DNA from: a virus
Taxonomy: Duplodnaviria; Caudoviricetes
Reading direction: 5' to 3' (one strand)
IMG/VR virus record: IMGVR_UViG_3300025103_000045
Location: 1-44,447 of that record
DNA length: 44,447 bases
Made by a program: the position numbers and the translations under genes. Of this stretch, positions 26,313 to 35,549 are shown piece after piece. Below the pieces are notes generated by a model, which worked only from the letters and a program-made list of their open reading frames with translations, searched no databases and was not told where the DNA came from. Every line of letters starts with the position of its first letter. Positions within the stretch are counted from its first letter, which is position 1.

Positions 26313-28730
26313 TTATTTAGGCTCAAACTGCTCTAAGCCAAATCCTCCCAAGTTATCAAATCCTGCTGATTCAAACTTTTTTGGTGGTTTATTGTTTTTC
26401 CTTTGATCTATTAATTCAGATTGTTGTGAAGCTTGTATTTTTGTTCTTTCATCTTTCCTATCTTCTTTAAACTTCTCTTTATCTTTAATTACATTTAAAT
26501 CAGCGTCTTTAAGTTGCATATTCATTTCAAACTCTTTTTGCATCAGCATCATTTTAATTTCAGCTTCTCTTTCTAGTTTTTGAGCATCTAACTGCGCTTC
26601 AACCTGTGCTAACTGAGCTTTACTTTGAGTTATTGCTTGTTGCTTTTGAATATCAGCTTGAGCAGCTGCCTGTGCTGCTTGCGCATTAGATTGCGTCTGC
26701 ATTTGAATATTTTCTTGCTGGAGCTGTCTGTCTTTATCAAACTTTTGTTTTCTTCTTAATTTTAATAATTGATTAGCTAGTTTTAAATTTCTTATTTCTC
26801 TAATATCAATTGCGTCTTCTAAATTAATTTGTTCTTTTTGAAGAGACACTTGTATATTGTTTTCAAGTAATTGTTTTTCTTCTTCATCAGGTGTTAATTC
26901 TAAGAAAATTCCAAAATCATGAAGTTGCAATTTTTTAACTTCTTCTAAAGCTCCTACATTCGATCTGCCTATAGCTTGTATAAAAGATTTTCGTGTTGGA
27001 CTAAATTCTAATACATCTGATATTCTAAGTGATATTGCTTCAGCTGTTTTTAACGTAAGATATAATCCACCTTGTAATATATGCCTTGTTGCTGTATTTG
27101 AATTTGCAGCAGCAATTTTTTGCAATCCTACTAAAGCATTTTTATCTGGTGTTGAACCATCTCTTGCTTCGTTTAATCCAGTCACATCTCTTATCATTTG
27201 TAAATAATAATTATATGAATTAATTAAACTTGATATTTTAGCGTTAGACCCTGATGATTGTAATTCTTGTACAGGAACTTTCCCATTGTTAAATTCACCG
27301 TCTTGTGTCATTGATCTACCAATAACAGAACCTGTTTGGAAATACATATTTAATGCCTCTTGCGCATTATAATTAGTTCCATTACCTAAATCTATTTCTG
27401 CAATACCATCTGCATCTAAGTAAACACCATCAGGAACCATTCTTGATAATACCTGTTGTAACTTTAAATGTGTTAATTGAATCATATCTGCAAACGTTGT
27501 CATTCTGCTTACAAGAGATTCAACTCTACCTTTATATATTCTTGGTGCTACAATATTATAACTAAACTGAGCTTTAACTGTATCTGACTTTGGTCTTGTC
27601 ATATTTTCAGCTAATTGCCATTTTAATAATTTATTAGTACCAACTATTTTAGCACCTTCATAAATTACCTCTATTGTTCTTGATTCTTTAGTAAATCTAC
27701 TTCTGGAATCTTTTGGGGGATTAAAGCTATCATCTTTTTTAATAGCTTTTGACGCCCCAGATGAAGTTTCTTTTATCTTATGTACTTGGTCTTTGTATGT
27801 TTTATATTCAAAATACAATACATATACATGAGAATTATCTTCACTATCGTTTCCTGCATATGATTTATTATATAGCTTAGCATTTGTTCCTTGTCCTTCA
27901 ACATCTCTTCTTATATCTTCATCTGTTAATTCAGGATATTGCTTTTTTAAATCAACTACAGATACCTTTCTAATTTCCCCTACGTAATATATATCATCGA
28001 AATGTGGTGACTCTGTATATGAATAAACTAAATCAGCTGGATCTACATACTTTATATTAATCCCCTCTGATGTTGTATATTCGTTTTTAACAGCTCCCAT
28101 ACCAATAACAGCTATATCATAATCTAATCTTTTCTTTATTAATTCGTATTTATTATGATCAAATACATTATTAATAGCTTCTTCTTCCGCTATTTCAACA
28201 GAATCTTTATAATCAAGCTGCATGTGAAGTTCTAACTCCTCTTCGCTTTCAGGTAATGTCTCTGGGTCATTTTCGTATATATTTATACCCAATTCATTAT
28301 AAACTGAATCCGAAAAATTAACAGTCCTCATGTCTTTTAATAAAGACTCCACATAATCTGTTCTTTTTTGAACTGAAGCTGGATCTTGTGAATATGCTTT
28401 TACATCATATGTTCTTTCTGCAATACCATTTACTACAATATCTACAAACTTAGGTATAATAGGAACAGGTTTCCAATCTATGTTTAAATATGATAAATCA
28501 CCATTAATAGATAATTCGTCTTTATATTTCTGTATTGACTGTTCACCTCTAGCGTATAATCTTAAACGGTGAAAATTGTCTCTATTAGCGTAGTACCTAG
28601 CTGTACCAGAATCTCTTTTAAACCATTCTGATTCAACTGCTCTTGCAATCTCTAAACCATATTTTTCACTTGCTTTCTCAGCATTTGAAACTGCTTGGCT
28701 TGGGAATACACCTTTTGGTAATATATTCAT
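26313..28730 (-). CDS. portal protein
   Basis: 805 aa, PVPIIPKFVD and IRDVTGLNEARDG motifs, Gln-rich C-terminal barrel coil; directly follows terL. Confidence 0.9.
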   Translation of the reverse strand: MNILPKGVFPSQAVSNAEKASEKYGLEIARAVESEWFKRDSGTARYYANRDNFHRLRLYARGEQSIQKYKDELSINGDLSYLNIDWKPVPIIPKFVDIVVNGIAERTYDVKAYSQDPASVQKRTDYVESLLKDMRTVNFSDSVYNELGINIYENDPETLPESEEELELHMQLDYKDSVEIAEEEAINNVFDHNKYELIKKRLDYDIAVIGMGAVKNEYTTSEGINIKYVDPADLVYSYTESPHFDDIYYVGEIRKVSVVDLKKQYPELTDEDIRRDVEGQGTNAKLYNKSYAGNDSEDNSHVYVLYFEYKTYKDQVHKIKETSSGASKAIKKDDSFNPPKDSRSRFTKESRTIEVIYEGAKIVGTNKLLKWQLAENMTRPKSDTVKAQFSYNIVAPRIYKGRVESLVSRMTTFADMIQLTHLKLQQVLSRMVPDGVYLDADGIAEIDLGNGTNYNAQEALNMYFQTGSVIGRSMTQDGEFNNGKVPVQELQSSGSNAKISSLINSYNYYLQMIRDVTGLNEARDGSTPDKNALVGLQKIAAANSNTATRHILQGGLYLTLKTAEAISLRISDVLEFSPTRKSFIQAIGRSNVGALEEVKKLQLHDFGIFLELTPDEEEKQLLENNIQVSLQKEQINLEDAIDIREIRNLKLANQLLKLRRKQKFDKDRQLQQENIQMQTQSNAQAAQAAAQADIQKQQAITQSKAQLAQVEAQLDAQKLEREAEIKMMLMQKEFEMNMQLKDADLNVIKDKEKFKEDRKDERTKIQASQQSELIDQRKNNKPPKKFESAGFDNLGGFGLEQFEPK

Positions 28731-30950
28731 CTATTTTATTATTTTTGAAATACTTCCTTTGTTATTATATTTTTTAAATCCAAAATCTAAAACCTTTGTT
28801 TGTTTTAATTGCTTTGGTTGATACAAATGCCTGTTGCAAGCCATAACGGCAAGACCGGAACTTATTGCGGCATCATGTTTTGTTCTATTGTTTATGTTAA
28901 ATTTAGACCAATCGTTTAACGTTGCATTGAAATATATATTACCGTAATCTCCATTTTCCTGTAATCCCACATATTTATCTATATATGATTCAATTGCTGC
29001 AGCGTGAATTTGTTTCATATCTTCAGATGAGTTAGGTATACCGCCTATTTCTTTTTCAGCTGTTGATAATTTATTTATTGTTTTATCTGGACGATTCATA
29101 GAATAACCCCTATATCCTCTTCTTTTTAAATAATACAATAATCTCGGTTTGTTGTTCTCCGCTAGTATTGGCATTCCATAAAATACTAATGCCATAAGTA
29201 CATCTTCAAAAAACATCTCAGCGGTTTGAGGCCTAGCTATATATTCTAAAAAGAATGAATTAGCGGGTGCATCTTCCATACTAAATACTGTTAATCCGTG
29301 TAATGCTCCTTTAGATCCTCTACCATCTGTTGTACCTGATATATCATATGAGTCACAACCAAAAGCTCCTATATGTTCATTACCTGGATGCTTGCGCCCA
29401 TTTTTTAGTATTACGCGGTTTTGAAGATTATAACTAGGAACCCAAGATATATTAAATCTTCCTTTTGGATCTGGCGTGAATATTACTCTTGAATCTTTAA
29501 TACCATTTTCCCATTGGAAGTTACCTTTAGATACAGCTCCAGATGCCATTGTCCCATCATTGTAATCTATTTGTTCGTATATCTTTTGTAAATTAAATAT
29601 ACTATTCTTTGTTTCATCTTTAAACGCATGTTCTTCTGTTCTTGGGAATTGTCTGTAAAATTCATTTAATCCATCTGAATCATCTCTTAATCCATCTGCT
29701 TCATTTTCCCAATGCTCTACTACTCCAACATCGATTTTATCACCGTGGGGTCCTTCGACAGGAGTTCCGGGCGTATCGAATACAGGTAATCCAAAAGAAT
29801 CAATGAATCCCTCGTAGTTCCATTCCATAGGTATGAACAAACTATAGAGTCCACTGCTAGTCTGTCCATTGCGGTTTCTTTTTGTAACGTCTGAGTCATT
29901 GTATAATTTTTTAAAGTTATCTCCACCTTTATCTAAAGCGTTTGATGTTGAACCCATCATACACTTTCCTATTATCCTACTTCCTAATCTCAGCGTTGTT
30001 TTTGTAACACGCCAATTGTTTAATATATTATCTGGTCTTTCCCATTTACCAGATTCATCGTGAACAAGTAATCTTAACTTTTCACCATCATAAGAGTTAT
30101 CTCCTGTATTCTTCCAGTCTATCGTTGTATCGAGCCCGTCGAGGTCTTTCCTCCCGCTGGCGCTGGTTGTACTGGTGATGGACTTCCTTGTGAGTTTGGA
30201 TGCTGGGACACGGTAGGCAAGCTCTGTCTTGGGACGGTCCATCCCGTCTTGTATTGGCTTAAAGAAGAATGGATAGTGTGATGAAATTGGTACGACCTTG
30301 TCGGTAAACATCTTCTTTGCATCGCTACCAGTCTTCGATAAGATTCCGAATCTAGCATCTGAAGTGAGTGTAGCTTGATTAACTGTCTCGCTGCTTGACA
30401 TGAAACTAAACCCAGACCGTCTATTCTTAAGGTAGCATATTCCATAACATCTTTGATCTGCCTTGCATGCCTCCCAGAATATGAAGAATAATCTGTTTGC
30501 TTCTCGAAAGTCTGGCTTCCCAACATCAATCTTGGACCACTGCAAGTAATTGTAGTGAGAGCCAGTGATATAAGTATCAACGCCTTTATTGCGGAACCAA
30601 TATCCCTCTTCTCTCCTAGTAAATTCTTTATCAATGTACCCATACCAATCTTTTTTAAATTCTTCTGGATATGTTTGCCAGTCAAATATTGTTCTTATGT
30701 TTTTTAATTCTTTAGGGTAATCTGTCGCAACCCACTTATCGTGTTTGCTATACACATCTTCTGCAGGTGGTAAAGCAATCTTAAGATTTTGTATTTCATA
30801 TATATCACCAATCTTACCTGTTTTACTTATAACAATTACATCATGTTCTTTGTTATATCCATATTCCCAGTATTTCTTTTTATTCAGTCTATGTATCGTT
30901 GTACGCTTAATAGGTTCAATGATTTTATATAATGTTTGCTTATATGACAT
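28731..30950 (-). CDS. terL: terminase large subunit
   Basis: Walker A-like KNRRSGFS, Walker B LLVHDESG, motif III GST, and nuclease residues FGCD, AENN and HDAAIS. Confidence 0.93.
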   Translation of the reverse strand: MSYKQTLYKIIEPIKRTTIHRLNKKKYWEYGYNKEHDVIVISKTGKIGDIYEIQNLKIALPPAEDVYSKHDKWVATDYPKELKNIRTIFDWQTYPEEFKKDWYGYIDKEFTRREEGYWFRNKGVDTYITGSHYNYLQWSKIDVGKPDFREANRLFFIFWEACKADQRCYGICYLKNRRSGFSFMSSSETVNQATLTSDARFGILSKTGSDAKKMFTDKVVPISSHYPFFFKPIQDGMDRPKTELAYRVPASKLTRKSITSTTSASGRKDLDGLDTTIDWKNTGDNSYDGEKLRLLVHDESGKWERPDNILNNWRVTKTTLRLGSRIIGKCMMGSTSNALDKGGDNFKKLYNDSDVTKRNRNGQTSSGLYSLFIPMEWNYEGFIDSFGLPVFDTPGTPVEGPHGDKIDVGVVEHWENEADGLRDDSDGLNEFYRQFPRTEEHAFKDETKNSIFNLQKIYEQIDYNDGTMASGAVSKGNFQWENGIKDSRVIFTPDPKGRFNISWVPSYNLQNRVILKNGRKHPGNEHIGAFGCDSYDISGTTDGRGSKGALHGLTVFSMEDAPANSFFLEYIARPQTAEMFFEDVLMALVFYGMPILAENNKPRLLYYLKRRGYRGYSMNRPDKTINKLSTAEKEIGGIPNSSEDMKQIHAAAIESYIDKYVGLQENGDYGNIYFNATLNDWSKFNINNRTKHDAAISSGLAVMACNRHLYQPKQLKQTKVLDFGFKKYNNKGSISKIIK
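29720..29899 (-). CDS. candidate overprinted 59-aa protein in the +1 frame of terL
   Basis: ATG at 29899 (upstream GTG at 29926). The ORF coincides with a local rise in G/C-ending TerL codons. Confidence 0.4.
   Translation of the reverse strand: MTQTLQKETAMDRLAVDSIVCSYLWNGTTRDSLILLDYLYSIRPELLSKDPTVIKSMLE
30119..30643 (-). CDS. candidate overprinted lipoprotein in the +1 frame of terL
   Basis: 188-codon open frame (TTG 30685 or ATG 30643) with KALILISLALTTIT-CSG. It coincides with a GC-rich island. Confidence 0.55.
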   Translation of the reverse strand: MGTLIKNLLGEKRDIGSAIKALILISLALTTITCSGPRLMLGSQTFEKQTDYSSYSGRHARQIKDVMEYATLRIDGLGLVSCQAARQLIKLHSLQMLDSESYRRLVAMQRRCLPTRSYQFHHTIHSSLSQYKTGWTVPRQSLPTVSQHPNSQGSPSPVQPAPAGGKTSTGSIQR

Positions 30951-31225
30951 TATTTAGACCTTTTTTCTGCAAAACCACTAAAAGCTTTTTCTTTATCCTG
31001 TGGTTTGTTTTCTAGCATTGCTTTTTCAGATTCAATCCTATTTAATATTTCAAAAGCATCAAAGATAGCTAACTTTTTAGTTGCTGCCGCGTTCTTTAAT
31101 CTATCTGCTGCTAACTCATCTGCTGCATCTTCTACTATGATTTCTTCTTCAGCGACTTTGATTAACTCTTGTACAGCTTTATAACCAGCTCGTATTATAG
31201 AGTTTTTCTGTTCCTTTGTGTTCAT
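30950..31225 (-). CDS. terS: terminase small subunit (putative)
   Basis: 91-aa helical protein (ADRLKNAAATKKLAIFDAFEIL) coupled to terL by TAATG. Confidence 0.7.
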   Translation of the reverse strand: MNTKEQKNSIIRAGYKAVQELIKVAEEEIIVEDAADELAADRLKNAAATKKLAIFDAFEILNRIESEKAMLENKPQDKEKAFSGFAEKRSK

Positions 31226-31763
31226 ACTTTATTGAAATATCATTTAATTTTATTCTATACAATCTTTTATCACCTACTATAAATTCAAATTCAGAGTATG
31301 GTGTAAATCCAACAAGCTCTCCTTTTTTTACAATATCAGAGCCGTCTGTATAAACCACAATACCTTTTAAAGGTTCTTCTTTGTTTTCCCATTTATCTTC
31401 TGATTGTATGGGATTTACAAAACAGTAACCTGGCATTGCTACCCAGTCTTCATTTCTTTTGTACATGTACACTTGATCTAAATAACAAAAGTACATATCT
31501 TCTTTGAAATAATTACCACTATTTTTTTCAACCCCTCTAACATCGTAGTACCTTCTAAATATATTATGATGTACCATTACTTCATCGGACTCTCGTAGAG
31601 GCGTTTTAAACGCACCTGGGAGCGCTTTTACTATAGCTTCTTTACTTACATACCTATGGTCGCTAATCGACGTGTTTAGGATTAAGTTTTTATCAGATAC
31701 TTTTTTAGTGTTTTTGTAGCGGTTTTCTTTGGGTTGTATTATTAAAGCGTATGGATTATTCAT
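31179..31763 (-). CDS. GroES-like co-chaperonin with two tandem domains
   Basis: Two GroES-like beta units: LIIQP...AIVKALP...DEVMVHH and CFVNP...GIVVY...KKGELVGF..YSEFEF. Confidence 0.6.
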   Translation of the reverse strand: MNNPYALIIQPKENRYKNTKKVSDKNLILNTSISDHRYVSKEAIVKALPGAFKTPLRESDEVMVHHNIFRRYYDVRGVEKNSGNYFKEDMYFCYLDQVYMYKRNEDWVAMPGYCFVNPIQSEDKWENKEEPLKGIVVYTDGSDIVKKGELVGFTPYSEFEFIVGDKRLYRIKLNDISIKYEHKGTEKLYNTSWL

Positions 31764-31986
31764 AATCTAAATTATACTCAATACTTATTCCCATGTTTTT
31801 ATTAAAAGATTTCCAAAGCAACACTTCTTTATCCTTTTCTATATATATTTGGTAATCGTGATCTTTCTCAAGTATATTCGTTATAATGTGGTTTCCATAA
31901 ACCGCTTGTCCTATTTGATAGTGCATTGCATTATCTTTATAGTCTCTTCCTACACTAATCTTCCTTATTAGTTTCATTTGATTCAA
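31756..31986 (-). CDS. conserved hypothetical phage protein
   Basis: IRKISVGRDYKDNAMHYQIGQ. Overlaps both neighbours; the true start may be the second Met. Confidence 0.75.
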   Translation of the reverse strand: MNQMKLIRKISVGRDYKDNAMHYQIGQAVYGNHIITNILEKDHDYQIYIEKDKEVLLWKSFNKNMGISIEYNLDYE

Positions 31987-32200
31987 TTTTATCTATCTCA
32001 CCTGTTTCAATATTTATGTTGATTTTACCATAAGTATTTTCAAGGTCAGACTTCATTGTATTTAATTGCATTTCTAATTGTGAGAAATTATGGGCTAGCT
32101 TGTGTCCATTGACTGTGTTTAACCCTATTTCATTTTGAGTTGTAGCAACTCTTTCTATTAAAGATTTTAAATCTTTGTGCTCTTTTTCTGTTAATTTCAT
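31955..32200 (-). CDS. small coiled-coil protein
   Basis: 81 aa, ends LENTYGKININIETGEI. Confidence 0.75.
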   Translation of the reverse strand: MKLTEKEHKDLKSLIERVATTQNEIGLNTVNGHKLAHNFSQLEMQLNTMKSDLENTYGKININIETGEIDKIESNETNKED

Positions 32201-32248
32201 AAACTATTGAATTTGATTAAATTATATTATTATGTATATTACACGCTT

Positions 32249-35200
32249 TTAGTTTATTTTGAATGCCATGTATATATAAGTTTGTGCGTTTTGATTAACC
32301 GCTGCACTTGAACCTAAACTAAACCCATCGCTACCGAATGCTGTTAAAGAATCACTTGCAGTAGATTCAGTACTATCTGTATCCGGGAATAATCTTTTAT
32401 TTACACCTCTTACGCTATCAAACAATCTCCAGGATTCTGCAGCTGATGTTTCTTTAATTAAAACCCAATCCGGTTGAAATCCAAGCCCTGTAATACTCTG
32501 TGTACTTCCATTACCAGTATAACTTCCAATCTTACTATAACCACTTACTGAATGGAAACAATAAGCAATGTAATCACCACCACTTGCATTTGAACCGCCA
32601 CTATCACCGACTCCAATAGTTGTAGCAGATGGTACATTTCCACCCCATAAATTTGTAGCACTTCCTGCAGTTACTTTTGCAGCACTGCTGTTTAAAACCA
32701 TATAATCAGATGCACTTCCTGTAATACTCATAACAGGTGTAGCCCAAACATACCAATCAGAAGATGAATCAGTTCTTTTTACAAATACCATTTCCGGTGC
32801 TGCTGAAAGCCCGTGAGGTATTTTTGCAGTTGTAGCACCATCACCTTTATACTTAACAATACTAAATCCTGCATTAGCATTTGCACTAACTATTGATTCT
32901 ATTGATGTATTTTCATCTGTTCCAATATCAAGTGTATTGTTTTGTGAAGTAGTTTCATTATATAAATTAGTTACACTTGCTGCATCAAGTTCTCCATTAT
33001 AGATTCTTACTTGGTCTAACTCACCACTATACCAATATGAGTTACTTGGTCTATTTCCTATAGCTATATTTGAAATTGTTTTTATAGTTCCATTATAATC
33101 TAAAGAACCTTTTAAATTACCATTTTCATATAATTTAATTTTACCATTTCCAAAAGTTGCTACGTGATGTTGCCACACTCCAGTTGTATAAGCATTTGTT
33201 ACATCTAATTGAAAAGCAGTTTCACTTGTATTTTTAACACCAACTCTTAATCCTTGACTACCTGCTCCACCACCTGTGTGAATCATAAATACATCTGCTG
33301 CATTTGCTTCAAACAAAAAATCTATAGTAGTACCACTTGTGTTTGGTTTCCACCACCAAGATATACTACAAGCACTACCTGTTCCTAAATCAGATGTAGC
33401 TATAGGTAAAGTGATCGTAGAACTTGAACCATTAAATTCTGCTGATTTATTAAATTTACCACTTGCATTGTATGTAATATTAGATGTTGATGAGGCATTA
33501 AAATTGCCTGTTACATCATTTGTGTTATCTTCAAATTTATATATAGCAATAGCATCTATATCTGTTGTGGTTTGAGTTATCGTAGGCTCATTGTCATCAG
33601 CTTTCCAAGCCCAAGAAACCCAATTTCTACTACTTTGATTTCCATCATTGCCTGTACCAATAGTATAACTTGTATCATTGTACGACAATATTTGGTCAGT
33701 TGCTCCATATTGGGCAATCGTTGAATTAGGTCTAATAAAGTTTTTACCTCTAATTATATCCCCTATATTGTGGTCACCTGAATCTCTTGACTTCCACCAA
33801 ACCATACCAGGCTTAAAACCTGTTCCAATATCTCTTTGTGTACCACTACCAGTATATGTTACCGCATTAAAGCTATCCGCTAGTGTTGGTGCCGTAGTAT
33901 CTGGATCTGCTGCAAAAGCTATGTAAATATATTTATCCCCATCAGCATTTACATATCCTTCTGTTCCAGATGGTCTAAACCCATTGCTAAAAAAATCAAG
34001 TTGAGGTGCCGCATCTCCTGCACTTCCCGCCTCTGCACTTGTCTCATTAGCCATTAGATAAGAATATCTTGGATTTGTTGTGTTCCTTTTATTATCGTAA
34101 ATCACCCAATTAGAAGTAGCATTATATCTTTTTACCATTATAAATGCCGGTTCAAATCCGGTTTCAATAATAGGTCCGTTAGCGTTTCCGTTCCCTGTGT
34201 ATGAGCCAATCTTTGAAAAGCCATCGACTGAATGAAAACAGTATGCTATCTGTCCTGTGCCAAGACCAACATCTCTTAATGTAAACACAGATGATGTAGG
34301 ACTTGTACTATCAAACCTTGTTGTGCTTGAAGATGCAGCATTTGTATTTAAAGCTAATTTGTTACCATTTCCAGTTACTGATGAATAAACCTGCCAATCT
34401 GCTGTTGAATCTAAACCTTTATTTAAAATTAATTCAGGTGCAGCTGAAAGACCGTGTCCTACTGTATTTATAGCACCAGTTCCGTCCCATTTTACTATTG
34501 AAAATCCTAATGTCGGATTCGCTTGAACTGTTGATGTAATTGTTCCAGCGGTATTACTAGATGTTGTTCCTCCATTTGCTTTAAAACACCAAGAAACATA
34601 GGTTTGTGAATTTTGGTTCATATCCCCCCAGGTTCCTATAGACCAACCATCATTATTGAACGATGTTAAGGAATTTGCTTGAGCAGCTTCGGAATGTGTG
34701 TCAGTTAAATAAAGTCTTTTGGTTACCCCTCTTGTAGAATCAAATACATTTATTTTTTCAGCGTAGCTTCTTGATTTTGTTAATACTAAATCTGGTTTAA
34801 ATCCTAAACTTGTAAATGATCTAGCAGTAGCATTACCTGTATAAGTAACTATTCCAAAATGTTCTGAGGGAAGAGGAGGTGTTACAGTTATACTGTATGC
34901 TCTTGCAGTTGATTGATTTTCATTATCTGTGGCTGTAACGGTAAAGTTACTTGTTGTTGAAGCACTAACATCTGGTGCTGTGCCTGTAATTGCCCCCGTC
35001 GATGTATTTAAAGAAACCCCCGAAGGTAAAGCGCCTGATGTTACAGCGTAAGTTATTGCACCCCCATCTGGTTCTGTTGCCGCAGCTGAAACGTTTATTG
35101 TGGTGCCCGACTTAACACTCGCTAAGCTTCCTGCTGCGTTTGTAAATGCTGGTACACCATTATAAGATACATTTGTACTAGCACTTCCACCGTCTGTATT

Positions 35201-35536
35201 AGTTATTACTAAAGCTTGTGATCCTGCACTTTTAGCAGGTGTTGTAACTGTTAACTGTGTAGCACTGTTTCTCGTTATTGAAGATGGTGTTGTACCACCT
35301 ATAGTTACAGTTACGTTAGGATTAAAACCTCCACCGTTTATAACTAAGCTTTGGCCTCCTGCTGGATCTAAAGCCGTATCATCTCCCGGGTAATCAAAAG
35401 AAGAAAATGTAGGGTTTATAATAACTTCTCCCCATTCCATTGTACCATCACCTTTTGATTTAAGTACATTACCATCACTTCCGTTGTCTCCTCCTACCAT
35501 ATGAAGGTTACCTGATTTTAATCTAGTTTGTGCCAT
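32249..35536 (-). CDS. fibre/adhesin protein: IPT/TIG + putative Ig + YTGNG/GFKPD beta repeats + LamG-like lectin domain
   Basis: GGQSLVINGGGF (TIG), GALPSGVSLNTSTGAITGT (Ig), repeated FSIVKY.G and YVSW.FKA, and WQHHVATF..LYENG..GELDQVRIY (LamG). Confidence 0.8.
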   Translation of the reverse strand: MAQTRLKSGNLHMVGGDNGSDGNVLKSKGDGTMEWGEVIINPTFSSFDYPGDDTALDPAGGQSLVINGGGFNPNVTVTIGGTTPSSITRNSATQLTVTTPAKSAGSQALVITNTDGGSASTNVSYNGVPAFTNAAGSLASVKSGTTINVSAAATEPDGGAITYAVTSGALPSGVSLNTSTGAITGTAPDVSASTTSNFTVTATDNENQSTARAYSITVTPPLPSEHFGIVTYTGNATARSFTSLGFKPDLVLTKSRSYAEKINVFDSTRGVTKRLYLTDTHSEAAQANSLTSFNNDGWSIGTWGDMNQNSQTYVSWCFKANGGTTSSNTAGTITSTVQANPTLGFSIVKWDGTGAINTVGHGLSAAPELILNKGLDSTADWQVYSSVTGNGNKLALNTNAASSSTTRFDSTSPTSSVFTLRDVGLGTGQIAYCFHSVDGFSKIGSYTGNGNANGPIIETGFEPAFIMVKRYNATSNWVIYDNKRNTTNPRYSYLMANETSAEAGSAGDAAPQLDFFSNGFRPSGTEGYVNADGDKYIYIAFAADPDTTAPTLADSFNAVTYTGSGTQRDIGTGFKPGMVWWKSRDSGDHNIGDIIRGKNFIRPNSTIAQYGATDQILSYNDTSYTIGTGNDGNQSSRNWVSWAWKADDNEPTITQTTTDIDAIAIYKFEDNTNDVTGNFNASSTSNITYNASGKFNKSAEFNGSSSTITLPIATSDLGTGSACSISWWWKPNTSGTTIDFLFEANAADVFMIHTGGGAGSQGLRVGVKNTSETAFQLDVTNAYTTGVWQHHVATFGNGKIKLYENGNLKGSLDYNGTIKTISNIAIGNRPSNSYWYSGELDQVRIYNGELDAASVTNLYNETTSQNNTLDIGTDENTSIESIVSANANAGFSIVKYKGDGATTAKIPHGLSAAPEMVFVKRTDSSSDWYVWATPVMSITGSASDYMVLNSSAAKVTAGSATNLWGGNVPSATTIGVGDSGGSNASGGDYIAYCFHSVSGYSKIGSYTGNGSTQSITGLGFQPDWVLIKETSAAESWRLFDSVRGVNKRLFPDTDSTESTASDSLTAFGSDGFSLGSSAAVNQNAQTYIYMAFKIN

Positions 35537-35549
35537 TTATTAATTTATT

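Noticed and set aside
31585-31680. Locally GC-richer patch with GCGTTTTAAACGC inverted repeat in the GroES-like gene
   Set aside because: Alternative frames contain stops and the stem is short, so there is not enough evidence for a pac site or overlapping gene.
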